DNA of 64,000 nt from Macrostomum lignano (taxonomy: Eukaryota), in assembly GCA_002269645.1 (NCBI GenBank), contig NIVC01002736.1, positions 80,552 through 144,551 of the forward strand. The letters are read 5' to 3'. Positions 11,517-23,620 of this stretch are shown here, one piece after another (position 1 is the first letter of the stretch; the number at the start of each line of letters is the position of its first letter). The notes under the pieces are model-generated. The model was not told the origin of the DNA. It saw nothing but the letters and a program-made list of their open reading frames with translations, and made no database searches. Position numbers and translations under genes: made by a program.

Positions 11517-11856
11517 TCAGCCCTCCATTAGCGACTGCTCGCACACCTGACGCTCGAGCGAGAATCGATAAGCGTACTCTGCTTCAATTTGTTCTGGCGA
11601 CTTGATAACAATTTCATTTAAATTAAAACCGCCAATCGTGGCCGCTTCGGAGCTGGCGTTCCCGCCCCAGCGTCGGCTGAGCTCGAATGGTATGCCGGAC
11701 AATGGGTCGCGAATTTTGCTCGGCTGCCGACTCGGCGGAGGTCGCTGCGGCTGTACATTGATCTGTTGGACTCCGGCTCCTCGCTGCTGCTGCGACTGCG
11801 ACTTCTGCTGCTCCACCGGGCCGTTCTTGACGCACAGAGTGAAACTGTTGAACTCG
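11517..11856 (-). CDS. MVB12: MVB12 exon 4 (end of MABP, Q-rich linker, UMA domain)
   Basis: GEFNSFTLCVKNGP continues the MABP domain; C-terminal IKSPEQIEAEYAYRFSLER is UMA-like; stop at 11517. Confidence 0.9.
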
Positions 11857-11906
11857 CTGTTTGCGGGTGGCAATTGGATGAACTAGTTACCGAGTGCCTG
11901 CTGTCT

Positions 11907-13003
11907 ATCTCATATCTCATCTCACCCCTATCCTGCTCTCAATCTCACCCTATCCTACTCTCGATCTCACCCTATCCTATTCTCAAACTCACCCTATCCT
12001 TACTCTCAATCTCACCCTATCCTTACTCTCAATCTCACCCTATCCTTCTCTCAATCTCACCCTATCCTTACTCTCAATCTCACCCTATCCTTCTCTCAAT
12101 CTCACCCTATCCTTACTCTCAATCTCACCCTATCCTTCTCTCAATCTCACCCTATCCTTACTCTCAAACTCACCCTATCTTTCTCTCAATCTCACTCTAT
12201 CCTATTCTCAAACTCACCCTATCCTTACTCTCAAACTCACCCTATCCTATTCTCAAACTCACCCTATCCTTACTCTCAATCTCACCCTATTCTATTCTCA
12301 AAGTCACCCTATCCTTACTCTCAATCTCACTCTGTCCTATTCTCAAACTCACCCTTTCCTTACTCTCAATCTCACCCTATCCTATTCTCAATCTCACCCT
12401 ATCCTTACTCTCAATCTCACCCTATCCTATTCTCAAACTCACCCTATCCTTACTCTCAATCTCACCCTATCCTTCTCTCAATCTCACCCTATCCTTCTCT
12501 CAATCTCACCCTATCCTATTTTCAAACTCACCCTATCCTTACTCTCAATCTCACCCTATCCTTACTCTCAATCTGACCCTATCCTTGCTCTCAATCTCAC
12601 CCTATCCTTACTCTCAATCTCACCCTATCCTACTCTCAATCTCACCCTATCTTTACTCTCAATCTCACCCTATCCTATTCTCAAAATCACCCTATCCTTA
12701 CTCTCAATCTCACCCTATCCTTCTCTCAAACTCACCCTATCCTTACTCTCAATCTCACCCTATCCTATTCTCAAACTCACCCTATCCTTACTCTCAATCT
12801 CACCCTATCCTTCTCTCAATCTCACCCTATCCTTCTCTCAATCTCACCCTATCCTATTTCAAACTCACCCTATCCTTACTCTCAATCTCACCCTATCCTT
12901 CTCTCAATCTCACCCTATCCTTCTCTCGATCTCACCCTATCCTTCTCTCAATCTCACCCTATCCTTCTCTCGATCTCACCCTATCCTACTCTCAATCTCA
13001 CCC
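11907..13003. repeat. 22-23-bp minisatellite (tcaatctcaccctatccttactc) filling MVB12 intron 3
   Basis: About 48 copies; begins exactly at the splice donor. Confidence 0.95.
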
Positions 13004-13131
13004 GATGACAGCGTATCCGGCGGGAGGGCGCTTCTGCTTCCCCAGCAGAATGATGTCATTAATAGCCGAAGTGGCCTCGGATTTGCGCTGCATCTTCACA
13101 GCCAGTTGCTTCTTTTTCAACGCCTTCTCCT
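13002..13131 (-). CDS. MVB12: MVB12 exon 3 (MABP domain)
   Basis: QEKALKKKQLAVKM...AINDIILLGKQKRPPAGYAVIG; canonical splice sites. Confidence 0.9.
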
Positions 13132-13267
13132 CTGCAATAAAGAAACGAATATAAAACACTTGATTTACTACTTAATAAAGCAGTAGAAAATACTGCAAAA
13201 ATTACAAATACGCATAAAATGGGAAAAGCACACAAAATAGTTTATAGCTTATAAAAATTTAGAGTTT

Positions 13268-13513
13268 ATAAAGTTTCGAGTTTATGAAGTTTCAGGTTCG
13301 TGAAGTTTCGAGTTTATGAAGTTTCGTGTTCATGAAGTTTCGAGTTTTTTAAGTTTCGAGTTCATAAAGTTTCGTGTTCATGAAATTTCGAGTTTTTGAA
13401 GTCTCAAGTTCATGAAGTTTCGAGTTCATGAAGTTTCGAGTTCATGAAGTTTCGTGTTAATGAAGTTTCGTGTTTTTGAAGTTTCGAGTTTATAAAGTTT
13501 TGAGTTCATGAAG
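13268..13513. repeat. 16-bp minisatellite (gaagtttcgagttcat) in MVB12 intron 2
   Basis: About 15 copies, starting about 8 nt inside the donor; contains the TTCATGAA palindrome. Confidence 0.9.
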
Positions 13514-13521
13514 TAACTCAC

Positions 13522-13711
13522 GAGTATCGCAGGTGGTCTCAATGATAGTGAACTGATCCGGCACATCCATCGGGCCATTGCAGACGGCTAAATCGCAGAG
13601 CACCTGGTCGGAGTCCTGATAACTAACACACAGGTAGCGCGTCACTCGCCGACTCAAGAAACCGTCTTTCCACAGGTCGGCATCTTCGCGACTGTCGTGA
13701 GTCTGCGTAAT
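13522..13711 (-). CDS. MVB12: MVB12 exon 2 (MABP domain)
   Basis: Translates ITQTHDSREDADLWKDGFLSRRVTRYLC..., containing the MVB12 signature DADLWKDG...VTRYLC; CAG acceptor and GTGAGT donor. Confidence 0.93.
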
Positions 13712-13797
13712 CTGTAAGAGAAATTTAATTAATTAATTTACTCTTTTACAATTGGGAAGTTAAATAGTTGTAAGCTTGACCGCATTATACTACTTAC

Positions 13798-13863
13798 AGG
13801 CGAGTATTTCGGTGGCGCTTTGTTCGGATCCGTGACAATTTTCAGGTCCGTTATGTTGGCCAT
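13798..13863 (-). CDS. MVB12: MVB12 exon 1 (MANITDLKIVTDPNKAPPKYSP)
   Basis: ATG at 13863, GTAAGT donor, MABP repeat-1-like sequence. Confidence 0.85.
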
Positions 13864-14064
13864 CGGATTGAGTAGATATTTTTTGTAGCTGTCAATCACT
13901 CAGACAAAAGGAAAGATATCTAGTTTGACCAATTTTGATAGCTAGCTGTATTGGAGACCTAAACCGTGGGGGTGAATCATGCAGTAAAATTCAATATTTT
14001 TAATAATCACGTTTTTTCTCAAGCTAGCTATTCCCAATATCAACATTACCCTTTAACTGGCCTG

Positions 14065-14897
14065 TCCAATCTGACTACTAGTCCATCTAATCTGACTACT
14101 AGTCCATCTAATCTGACTACTAGTCCATCTAATCTGACTACTAGTCCATCTAATCTGACTACTAGTCTATCTAATCTGACTACTAGTCTATCCAATTTGA
14201 TTACTAGTCCATCCAATCTGATTACTAGTCTATTCAATCTGATTACTAGTCTATCCAATCTGATTACTAGTCTATCCAATCTGATTACTAGTCTATCCAA
14301 TCTGATTACTAGTCTATCCAATCTGATTACTAGTCTATCCAATCTGATTACTAGTCTATCCAATCTGATTACTAGTCTATCCAATCTGACTACTAGTCTA
14401 TCCAATCTGACTACTAGTCTATCCAAGCTGATTACTAGTCCATCCAATCTGATTACTAGTCTATCCAATCTGATTACTAGTCTATCCAATCTGATTACTA
14501 GTCTATCCAATCAGATTACTAGTCTATCCAATCAGATTACTAGTCCATCCAATCTGATTACTAGTCCATCCAATCTGATTACTAGTCTATCCAATCTGAT
14601 TACTAGTCTATCCAATCTGATTACTAGTCTATTCAATCTGATTACTAGTCTATTCAATCTGACTACTAGTCTATCCAATCTGACTACTAGTCTATCCAAT
14701 CTGATTACTAGTCTATCCAATCTGATTACTGGTCCATCCAATCTGATTACTAGTCTATCCAATCTGATTACTAGTCTATCCAATCTGATTACTGGTCCAT
14801 CCAATCTGATTACTAGTCTATCCAATCTGACTACTAGTCTATCCAAGCTGATTACTAGTCCATCCAATCTGATTACTAGTCTATCCAATCTGATTAC
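14065..14897. repeat. 21-bp minisatellite (ccaatctgattactagtctat) between NUDC and MVB12
   Basis: About 40 near-identical copies, each with an ACTAGT palindrome. Confidence 0.97.
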
Positions 14898-15368
14898 TAC
14901 CATTTGCGATCTGCAAAAAATTAAAGAACAACACAAGCAACTGGATGCCAAATATTTCCAATCAGAAATTGAGTAAAAAAACGAGACAAAAATGCTACTT
15001 ACGCACGCGTGATAACGCTTACTTCTGAATTACATCAACATTACCCTTACCAACTAACTGCAAATTAGTATTCCTTAGTATTTGTTTTCTTCTATTATTA
15101 AAAAACGTACCCAATGTCCTCTGTCTTCTGAAGAACAAAATAGATTAACAATCAGTCAATCAACATACGGAATTAGCGAATGGGAAACGTTATTTTAACG
15201 ATAAGAGGAACGCGTTTAGATATATTACTGTCAGTAGTTTTATAGCGAATCGATTGATTTTGCCGAGTCTAGAACAGATATTAATTATTAACCGAATTTT
15301 AGTCTATTAAAGTTGACAGCAGGCGTTTGTTTGTTTAAAGACACGTCAGCTTCAGACGCCAGAGGCTT

Positions 15369-16382
15369 TCAATTGAACTTGCAATTAGAAAAGTCCATCT
15401 CCGGATGTTGCTTCATAAATTTCTGCAATATTTCATTCTTCTTTTGATCTTCGCTAGTTGGCAAGCCGAGCTCCTTCTGCCTCTGGTCGTACATCATCTT
15501 CTCAACAATTGATCTAGTCTCGCCGTCCAGATCGCTCAGCTTAGAATTCTCCGGTTCAACTTTTTTAGTGTTAATAACCGGATCAGTGGTGACAACTTGA
15601 CCCCACCATTCCATCTGGTTGACCTTCTCTAGGCAGATAATCAGAGTCTTGCCCTCGTCCAGAGTCCAAGTGGACTCGTCCGGTTTAATATGATGAGCCA
15701 ATTGGCCGTGCAGAATCGGCGGCTGATTGCGCAATCCGGCGGTTATGTCAGACTTGGTAATGCTCACAGTCAGATCCCGGCCCTTCACCTTCACTGGCAG
15801 TGGGACTCGAATCTCAAGATCCCTCAGCGTCTGTGTCCAACTGTAATTCTCATAGTCGCCTCCATTGCCAGCATTCGGCTTCATCTTGCCCTTGTCCTCA
15901 GCGGATTCTTCCTCTTCAGCGGCATCGCCGTCGCCTTCTTTTTTCTTTGTAGTAGTAGCAGTAGCCGCCTCGCCATTGTCCGACTCTTTCGCCGTTGTTG
16001 ATGAAGACGCCGGGGCATCATTCGATTTTTTGTTCTTTTCGGCGTCTAATTCTTTCTGAAGCTGTTCCGCTTCGGCGTCAGTTAGTTCTTGGACTCGCGG
16101 GTCGCCGGCGGCGGCTTTTGCGGCGGCCTGTTTCTCGCGTTTTTTAGCTTCAGCCTCGGCTTTCTCTTTGGCTCGCTTCTCTTCAGCCTGGCGTTTGTGC
16201 AGTCGGAATGCTTTGAGCACGAGCTGTTCGCAGTCTTTGCTGCCCTGACCAACATAGAAATCTGTGCGCCTAGCCAAGAAGCCAAAGAATGTGTCCAGGA
16301 TTTCAACTACGCCGCCCTCTTTGCACTGCTCGGCAATTGTCATGTAGACATTGTCGCAGTAGGATTGCTTCTGCTCATCCAT
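15369..16382 (-). CDS. NUDC: Nuclear migration protein NudC; intronless CDS, 337 aa
   Basis: N-terminal [21 protein letters not shown]; CS/p23 domain (NYSWTQTL...); C-terminal [31 protein letters not shown]...[11 protein letters not shown]. Start placed at the first true ATG (MDEQ), 40 nt after a TTGCAG acceptor. Confidence 0.95.
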   Translation of the reverse strand: MDEQKQSYCDNVYMTIAEQCKEGGVVEILDTFFGFLARRTDFYVGQGSKDCEQLVLKAFRLHKRQAEEKRAKEKAEAEAKKREKQAAAKAAAGDPRVQELTDAEAEQLQKELDAEKNKKSNDAPASSSTTAKESDNGEAATATTTKKKEGDGDAAEEEESAEDKGKMKPNAGNGGDYENYSWTQTLRDLEIRVPLPVKVKGRDLTVSITKSDITAGLRNQPPILHGQLAHHIKPDESTWTLDEGKTLIICLEKVNQMEWWGQVVTTDPVINTKKVEPENSKLSDLDGETRSIVEKMMYDQRQKELGLPTSEDQKKNEILQKFMKQHPEMDFSNCKFN

Positions 16383-17871
16383 TGTGTTGTATACTGCTTT
16401 ATTTGCTTGCTTCAAGATTTTACTGCAATTTTGTTATGAAGAATGAAGTTGAAATAGATACTTGCAATATACTTAATAAGACATTTCAGCTAGTTCACTA
16501 TCCATTGATTTCTTTGTTAAGCAAATCACCCTTGGTAATTAGTAGGTCAAGTTATAAGACTTCAGCTTTACTTAGGTTTGGGTATTTTTATTTGTGCAAA
16601 AAACTATCCTTAATTATTAAATTGAATGGCACACAGATTTTTTGACTATTTTTGTACTGCTATACATTATACACAGCATTTTGAAAGAAAATACCAATAA
16701 CTACCATGACATGTTTTGCAAAAAAAAACAAATTTTTAGGATTGATTTGCATGATTTATAGTATAATTGTTTACTATAAAACAATGGACTATAGTTTTAG
16801 CCAAAAAAGCAAATTATAGATGATAGTATACTACATTTATATTTATTAGATGATTCTTAACTATCATAAGTATTTGTTAAATATATTTATTAATATTAAT
16901 ATTAAAACAAATTTACATTTAATGAAACAAGCTTGATTTATATTTCCTCCATAACATTATTCTTCTACTAAACTTTTTTTTAAAGTTAGATTATTGTATT
17001 ATTGATTTATATGCATTTAATTGACCCATAAGCCAATTTATACCCTTTGTGGACACATGCTTACCACTACTATTGTCTTTATTGCATTTATTTTATATTG
17101 TCTATTTTCCTTTGCATTAATGATTGTAATGATAAATTATGAAAGTTATAAAAGCTATCAAGTACAGGATGTGCATGAAATTAACTAATTTGAGAAAAAA
17201 ATAACTAAAACCTAGGCTTATAGACAACAAACACCTTTAAAATTGGGTACATAAAATTAATCCTTATAAAGAATCTTTTTAACCTTAAATTCCTATCTCT
17301 ATATTTTAGCAATTGATTTTTAATTTCTATATCGATGAAATCCAGTTTTTAGGAGCTGAGAATTATAGCTTATAGAAAATTATACATAAGAATTATATTA
17401 AAAACTTAAATACATCTCCATATCTCTAGTTAAGATTAGATATATACTACATTAATGCGTCCAAAAAGTTCTTAGATGCCCCTCCTATCTCTGCATCTGT
17501 TCAATCGATTTTTAAAAAAAGGACACAAACATGGACCTATATATAATCAATTCAGTATTAAAGTTTCAGCTTAATTGGGTTGACAGAGCAAAAGCAATTG
17601 ATCATTTACAAAGGAACCTACAAAATTAGCAATAGGATTTTAAACTTAGCAAAATTTGAAAGTTAACAAGCAAACAGTTCAAACTGACAAGTCCAAAACT
17701 TCAAAAATAGATCACCAATTGTGAAAATCTTCAGAAGAATATTCATTCCATCAAATGTGCTTGTCATATTGCATTGGCAACTCCTGATCCTCAATTCATG
17801 CCAATCCCTAGGTGTCACTCTGATCAGCCTCTCAGTAGCCACTTGCAGCTTGGGGAAGCTGGCAAACTGCT

Positions 17872-19465
17872 GGGGGATACACCAAGGTGAATTTTCTATG
17901 GGAGGGGGATACACCAAGGTGAATTTTCTATGGGGGTATACACCAAGGTGAATTTCTATGGGGGGATACACCAAGGTGAATTTTCTATGGGGGGATACAC
18001 CAAGGTGAATTTTCTATGGGGGAATACACCAAGGTGAATTTTCTATGGGAGGGGTATACACCAAGGTGAATTTCTATGGGGGGATACACCAAGGTGAATT
18101 TTCTATGGGGGGATACACCAAGGTGAATTTCTATGGGGGGATACACCAAGGTGAATTTTCTATGGGGGGATACACCAAGGTGAATTTTCTATGGGGGGAT
18201 ACACCAAGGTGAATTTTCTATGGGGGTATACACCAAGGTGAATTTTCTATGGGGGAATACACCAAGGTGAATTTTCTATGGGAGGGGTATACACCAAGGT
18301 GAATTTCTATGGGGGGATACACCAAGGTGAATTTTCTATGGGGGGATACACCAAGGTGAATTTCTATGGGGGGATACACCAAGGTGAATTTTCTATGGGG
18401 GGATACACCAAGGTGAATTTTCTATGGGGGATATACCAAGGTGAATTTCTATGGGGGGATACACCAAGGTGAATTTTCTATGGGGGGATACACCAAGGTG
18501 AATTTTCTATGGGGGGATACACCAAGGTGAATTTTCTATGGGGGGATACACCAAGGTGAATTTTCTATGGGGGGGATACACCAAGGTGAATTTTCTATGG
18601 GGGGGATACACCAAGGTGAATTTTCTATAGGGTAGATATACCAAGGTGAATTTTCTATGGGAATATACCAAGGTGAATTTTCTATGGGGGGTATACACCA
18701 AGGTGAATTTCTATGGGGGGATACACCAAGGTGAATTTTCTATGGGGGGATACACCAAGGTGAATTTTCTATGGGGGGATACACCAAGGTGAATTTTCTA
18801 TGGGGGGATACACCAAGGTGAATTTTCTATGGGGGATACACCAAGGTGAATTTTCTATGGGAGGGGTATACACCAAGGTGAATTTTCTATGGGGGGATAC
18901 ACCAAGGTGAATTTTCTATGGGGGGATACACCAAGGTGAATTTTCTATGGGAGGGGTATACACCAAGGTGAATTTTCTATGGGGGGATATACCAAGGTGA
19001 ATTTTCTATGGGAGGGGTATACACCAAGGTGAATTTTCTATGGGGGGATACACCAAGGTGAATTTTCTATGGGGGGATACACCAAGGTGAATTTTCTATG
19101 GGAGGGGTATACACCAAGGTGAATTTTCTATGGGGGGATACACCGAGGTGAATTTTCTATGGGAGGGGTATACATCAAGGTGAATTTTCTATGGGGGGAT
19201 ACACCGAGGTGAATTTTCTATGGGAGGGGTATACATCAAGGTGAATTTTCTATGGGGGGATACACTAAGGTGAATTCTCTATGGGGGAGATAGGCTTACA
19301 CCAAGGTAAACTTTCTACGGGGGGTCGGGAATATACCAAAGTGAATTTTCCAAGGGGGATATACCAAGGCAAGGTAAATTTTCTATAGGGGGATACACCA
19401 AGGTGAATTTTCTATAGAGGAGGATATACCAAGGTGAATTTTTTATGGGGGATACACCAAGGTAA
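17872..19465. repeat. ~30-bp G-run minisatellite (ggggggatacaccaaggtgaattttctat)
   Basis: About 50 copies; unit length varies with the G-run; internal CACC-AA-GGTG inverted repeat. Confidence 0.97.
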
Positions 19466-19900
19466 AAGTGCTATGTCCTATGATAGAGTCACATAGTAGC
19501 ATGTAATGTATAGCAACAAAGGGCAACAAAAAAGTTTTGGTCAGGCTCTTTGTGCGGGGGATACATCCCCCTTATCCCTACCTTCTACCCCCTCCCTACC
19601 CCCCTGCTCAGGGTTGCTCTCTTCATTTATAAGCTGCAAGTCCATAACGTATAGTATTCTTGGCATTCTTTCGTCTTACAATGCCCAAAATTGTATCTGT
19701 TTTGTTTTATGATGCCCATGTTAAATAAGCAAGAAGGGTTTAAAAATGTATACTTTACAACAGAAGAGAGCAGTGTTTCAGAGATCTTAAATTCAGTCAC
19801 ACAGTTGGTTTGTACTTCTAACAGTATTTCCACAGAAATGTCACAACTCACGTGCTTTAATATTGTGTCCGCCCTCATTAGCAACTGAAGCTATCAAGCT

Positions 19901-22309
19901 TGACTTTGACTTAGCTGCAGGGCTGTCCCGGAGGGGACACAGCGGGAAGGCGCGGGCGCCCATTCCGCTAGTCCCTGAACGGCCGACGCGTCGCTATGGA
20001 CGGAGGGTTGGCGCCGCCCAGGGAGGTCCCCCAGTGTCGCCAGCAGCTATGGTGCTCTTTGGAAAGGAGAGTTCAGCCCTGCGGGTGGCCCGAAGGTAGC
20101 GCATGAGCTGATTAAAGTTTTCAGGTTTGCACGCTTCAGTAATAGATGTGTGTGGCCCGAGGTAAGTGAGTTTGGCCCGCATGAAGGTGGGACAGATGCT
20201 GACGAAATGCTCAGCGGTTTCGTCACCTGAGTTGCAGAAGCTACAGGTGGCGTTGGTGGCGTTGCCCTGCAGGTGCTGGTGCCTGGAGAAGCAGCCGTGA
20301 CCAGAGAGGGTCATGGTGGTAGCCCGGATGTCTCTGCGCGAGAGGCGCAAGAGGAGCTTCCGGAGCTGGTGAGAGGGCTAAGGGACAGCGCCTCTGGATT
20401 GCCTGCAGTTTGTGTGGTTTGCCCAAGTCGAGCGGTGCTGAGTCCTGATCCACGCTTTGATGCGCGAGTCGATGACACAGCCAGGAATCGGGACAAGAGG
20501 TTCGGGGCCGAGAGAGGAGCCGGAGGCACCAACTTTTGCAAGGGTGTCAGCCAACTCATTTCCTCGGATCCCCACATGCCCCGGAACCCACTTAAGGGTA
20601 ATTTTATTGGCGGAACCCAACACATTGAGGAGTTTGATACAGTCAAGGACTGTAACAGAGTTGGTGCTGCAGCCACTGATGGCGTGCAAGGCAGCTTGGC
20701 TGTCCGAATGGAAAATGATGTTCTTACCAGTAACGCCAGTGGCGAGAAGCTTTGCAGTGCAGGAGCTGATGGCCAGAACTTCATTTTGGAAAACACTGGA
20801 GTTGACCCCAGTGTATTGAGCGTGGGTAGCGATGACCCTCCCGTTCAGAAAGATTCTAACACCAAAGCCGGTGTTGGCTGACTGCTTAGAACCGTTGGTG
20901 TAGCAATGAAGCTCACCAGGGTTCCAATGGTCATTGATGTTATTGCGCGAGTCGATAGCTACGGAGTAGCGCTGTCTCAGGTTGAGCGTTGAGGCAATGC
21001 CATCGGTGAAGATGCGATTGGCCTGACACTCGTTGAGAAAGTTGAGGCACAGATCGCTATGCGGGACAAGGTTCCGCTTAGCAGGTGCTCTCATGTAAAT
21101 GAATTTGATGCTGGCATCAATTAGACGCCGCGTCATTCTAGCCGCCTCACCCCTGATGAAGAGGTCAAGAGGCGGAAGATTAAGGAAGGCCCCCATGCCA
21201 GCAAAGGGCGTGGACCTGGTGGCGTTGCAGATGAGCCTACACGCTCTGCCTTGGATCGTGTTGAGCAGGTCTGCATGGCTTTTGACCTGGGTAGCGCTAA
21301 CCCAGACAACAGAGGCGTACGTAATGGCAGGTCTAACTACGGAAGTATAGATCCACCAAAGCCGCTTTGGGGATAGACCCCAAGAAGTGCCAAGTGCTCG
21401 TCGGAGCTGGGCCAGGATGGCTGAGGCACGCTTGGCTTTTGCTTTCACGTGGGAGGACCAGTTGAGCCAGTGGTCAAGTATGACCCCGAGACATCTGGTC
21501 TGGTGCGCGAAGGCAATATCTCTGCCATAGAGCTGCAGAGGACGTATGTTCTAGCGTAGTCTGCTGGTAAACATAATGGCAACGGTTTTGGGCTCAGAGA
21601 GTTCCAGACCATTGTCATTGGCCCAGGATTCTGCTTTGCGGATAAAGCTCTGCATCAGATCCCTGAGCGTGCTGGGAGACGGTCCTGCCACAATGGCCGT
21701 GACGTCATCAGCACACCCGACTTTGAAGACGGGGTCGGGTCGGGAGTCACTCAAAAGAGCGTCCATGACCAGGTTCCAGAGCGTCGGGGTGAGGACTCCG
21801 CCTTGGGGTCCAACCTTACAGACACTGGTGGAGGCAGTTTGCCCAAGAAGTTGGGCAGTGACTGTACGGTTGGAGATCATGTACATGATCCACCATATGA
21901 GGGTAGCATGAGCTTTGCGATTTTGAAAAGCCCTCTGAAACGCTTCAAAGATAACGTTGTCGAAGGCGCCAACAATGTCAAGAAAAAGAGCCAGAGCGTA
22001 ACCGTCACCCAGTACCGCCCTTTCAATCTTCTCGACAATCGCATGCAGGGCGCTGTCAGTCGACCTCCCGGTACAGAAGGCGTGCTGATTATTGCTGAGG
22101 GGCATCGCTGTCAGCTCGCAGGACAGCAGCCGCCAGAGAATAAGCCTCTCAGTGAGCTTAAGCATTGCTGACGTTAAGCTAATAGGCCGGAAGGCCTTGA
22201 CGCTTTGGTAGTCACCCTTCCCAGGTTTAGGAATAAAGACTACCCGAGCTTCAGTCCAGCATTTGGGAACATATCCCAGCTGGATAGAGGCCCGCATAAG
22301 ATTGCGGGT
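19901..22309 (-). mobile_element. 5'-truncated, inactivated non-LTR retrotransposon with RT, RNase H and C-terminal CCHC-type finger (I/R1/Loa-type architecture)
   Basis: RT motifs VVFIPKPGK, FRPISL, LFLDIVGAFD, PQGGVL, and CADD in place of YADD; RNase H CYTNGSK, HSDSQAAL, WVPGH..GNELAD; CSFC..ETAEHF..C; stops and frameshifts; (AAGTC)n-like 3' tail; 13-bp TSD AAGCTATCAAGCT at 19888-19900 and 22310-22322. Confidence 0.95.
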
Positions 22310-22370
22310 AAGCTATCAAGCTATTATAATCCATTTCATTTTACAATACCTTATGAATAATTACAACGTC

Positions 22371-23620
22371 TGGGGCATCGCAAAACAAAACGGATATTAT
22401 AGTGGCACTCTTAGACTCAAACTTATACATTATATGAAGAGTCACTGTGAATTGATAAAGAAGAAGAAACAAAAGCGGTAAACCAATTTAAGGACCCAAA
22501 GTAACCCCCCCTCACTTTTGTTTTGCGATGCCCATAATGGACTGAATTACACCAAAGGCATCGTAAAACAAAATGGAATATATAGCTTGCCTTTCATTAA
22601 TGAACAACAATCCGTCAAGTATACGATATACAAAATACGTGGGACTTCTTCAAGTTTATGTTGATAAAATACTTCCGATTTTTTGATTTTTCTGAAACTT
22701 GTGGTGGAGACTTATAGGGCACCCAAAATTACAAAAATGCAAAAAAAGTGTAGAAAGTTACCTATACAGTTGATGCAATGATGATTTACTTGATTCCCTA
22801 TTCTTTTAACGAGGTTCGGTGAGAAAAAGTTTCTACAAATACATTTTTGAAAGTGTATCCATTTGACTTTTAATTTTATGGCACATGTGCTAGAACTTCA
22901 TTAGGCCAATTAAAGATGAATATTAATATCTACAAATTAATATGCAAATGTTTTTTATGTTTGCAGATTATAGTTTTTCAATTCAAACGTTCAAAACTCG
23001 CACTTGTATTTCGCACCTCAAAACCAACTACTGTACAAGGCTAGATTACTAATTCTATTGTATTAAGGCAGTAACAGCACTTAATTTAGGTAAGCAAATT
23101 CATTTAGATAAAGTTATGTTGATTCAAGTTTATATTGATATAATTAAACAGATATTCATTGTCAAATAAATTCCAACTTGTTTCAACCCCCCCCCCCTAT
23201 TAGAATTGGAATTTATCAACACAATCTTGAATAGGTCTCTATGCCTCTATTCAAGTTTATGTTGATAAAATCAATCCCCATGAAGAATCTCCCCACCCTA
23301 AAAACCCCCCATTCCCCATGCCCCGGTAGTTGGTTTTAAGCTACATATAATTGGGTTAAAGCTACCTAAAAATGGAGCTCAAATTTGAAATCAGCACTAT
23401 CAAAAACCCCTATAGAGATAGAGACAAAATTATGATCCTATCCAAATTGAAACTATTTTATCAACATAAACTTGAAGAAGTCCAATACGTGTATAGCCAT
23501 AAAACGAAAATTATACAGAAACTACACCATCACGCCTATGCCATATGCTTTCTATGGGCATTGTAAAACAAATGGGGGCCATCCCATTGAAATGCATAGC
23601 AGGCATCGTAAGATGAAAGA
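22371..23620. mobile_element. Probable non-autonomous DNA transposon-derived region
   Basis: Perfect 18-bp inverted repeat GGGCATCGCAAAACAAAA (22373-22390 and 22516-22533); degenerate copies near 22556, 23556 and 23602; repeated TCAAGTTTATGTTGATAAAA. Confidence 0.45.

Larger units (their letters stand above)
11517..13863 (-). other. MVB12: Gene model: ESCRT-I subunit MVB12 (MABP + UMA domains), 4 coding exons, 241 aa
   Basis: Exons 13863-13798, 13711-13522, 13131-13002 and 11856-11517 join in frame (phases 0,1,2) with GT-AG ends. Confidence 0.92.

Noticed and set aside
11766-13186. Long + strand ORFs (462 and 430 aa) rich in SLSPYP
   Set aside because: Translations of the intronic 22-23-bp minisatellite antisense to MVB12
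13966-14976. 336-aa ORF of TSLSNLI heptads that looks like a coiled-coil protein
   Set aside because: Product of the 21-bp array; no ATG before the repeat (GTG start), and antisense to the flanking genes
16383-16415. N-terminal extension of the NUDC ORF in the track ([11 protein letters not shown]), and possibly 30186-30332 for TRIM9
   Set aside because: The NUDC extension starts at a non-ATG codon in likely 5'UTR; the TRIM9 extension has no similarity to orthologue N-termini, which begin just before the RING
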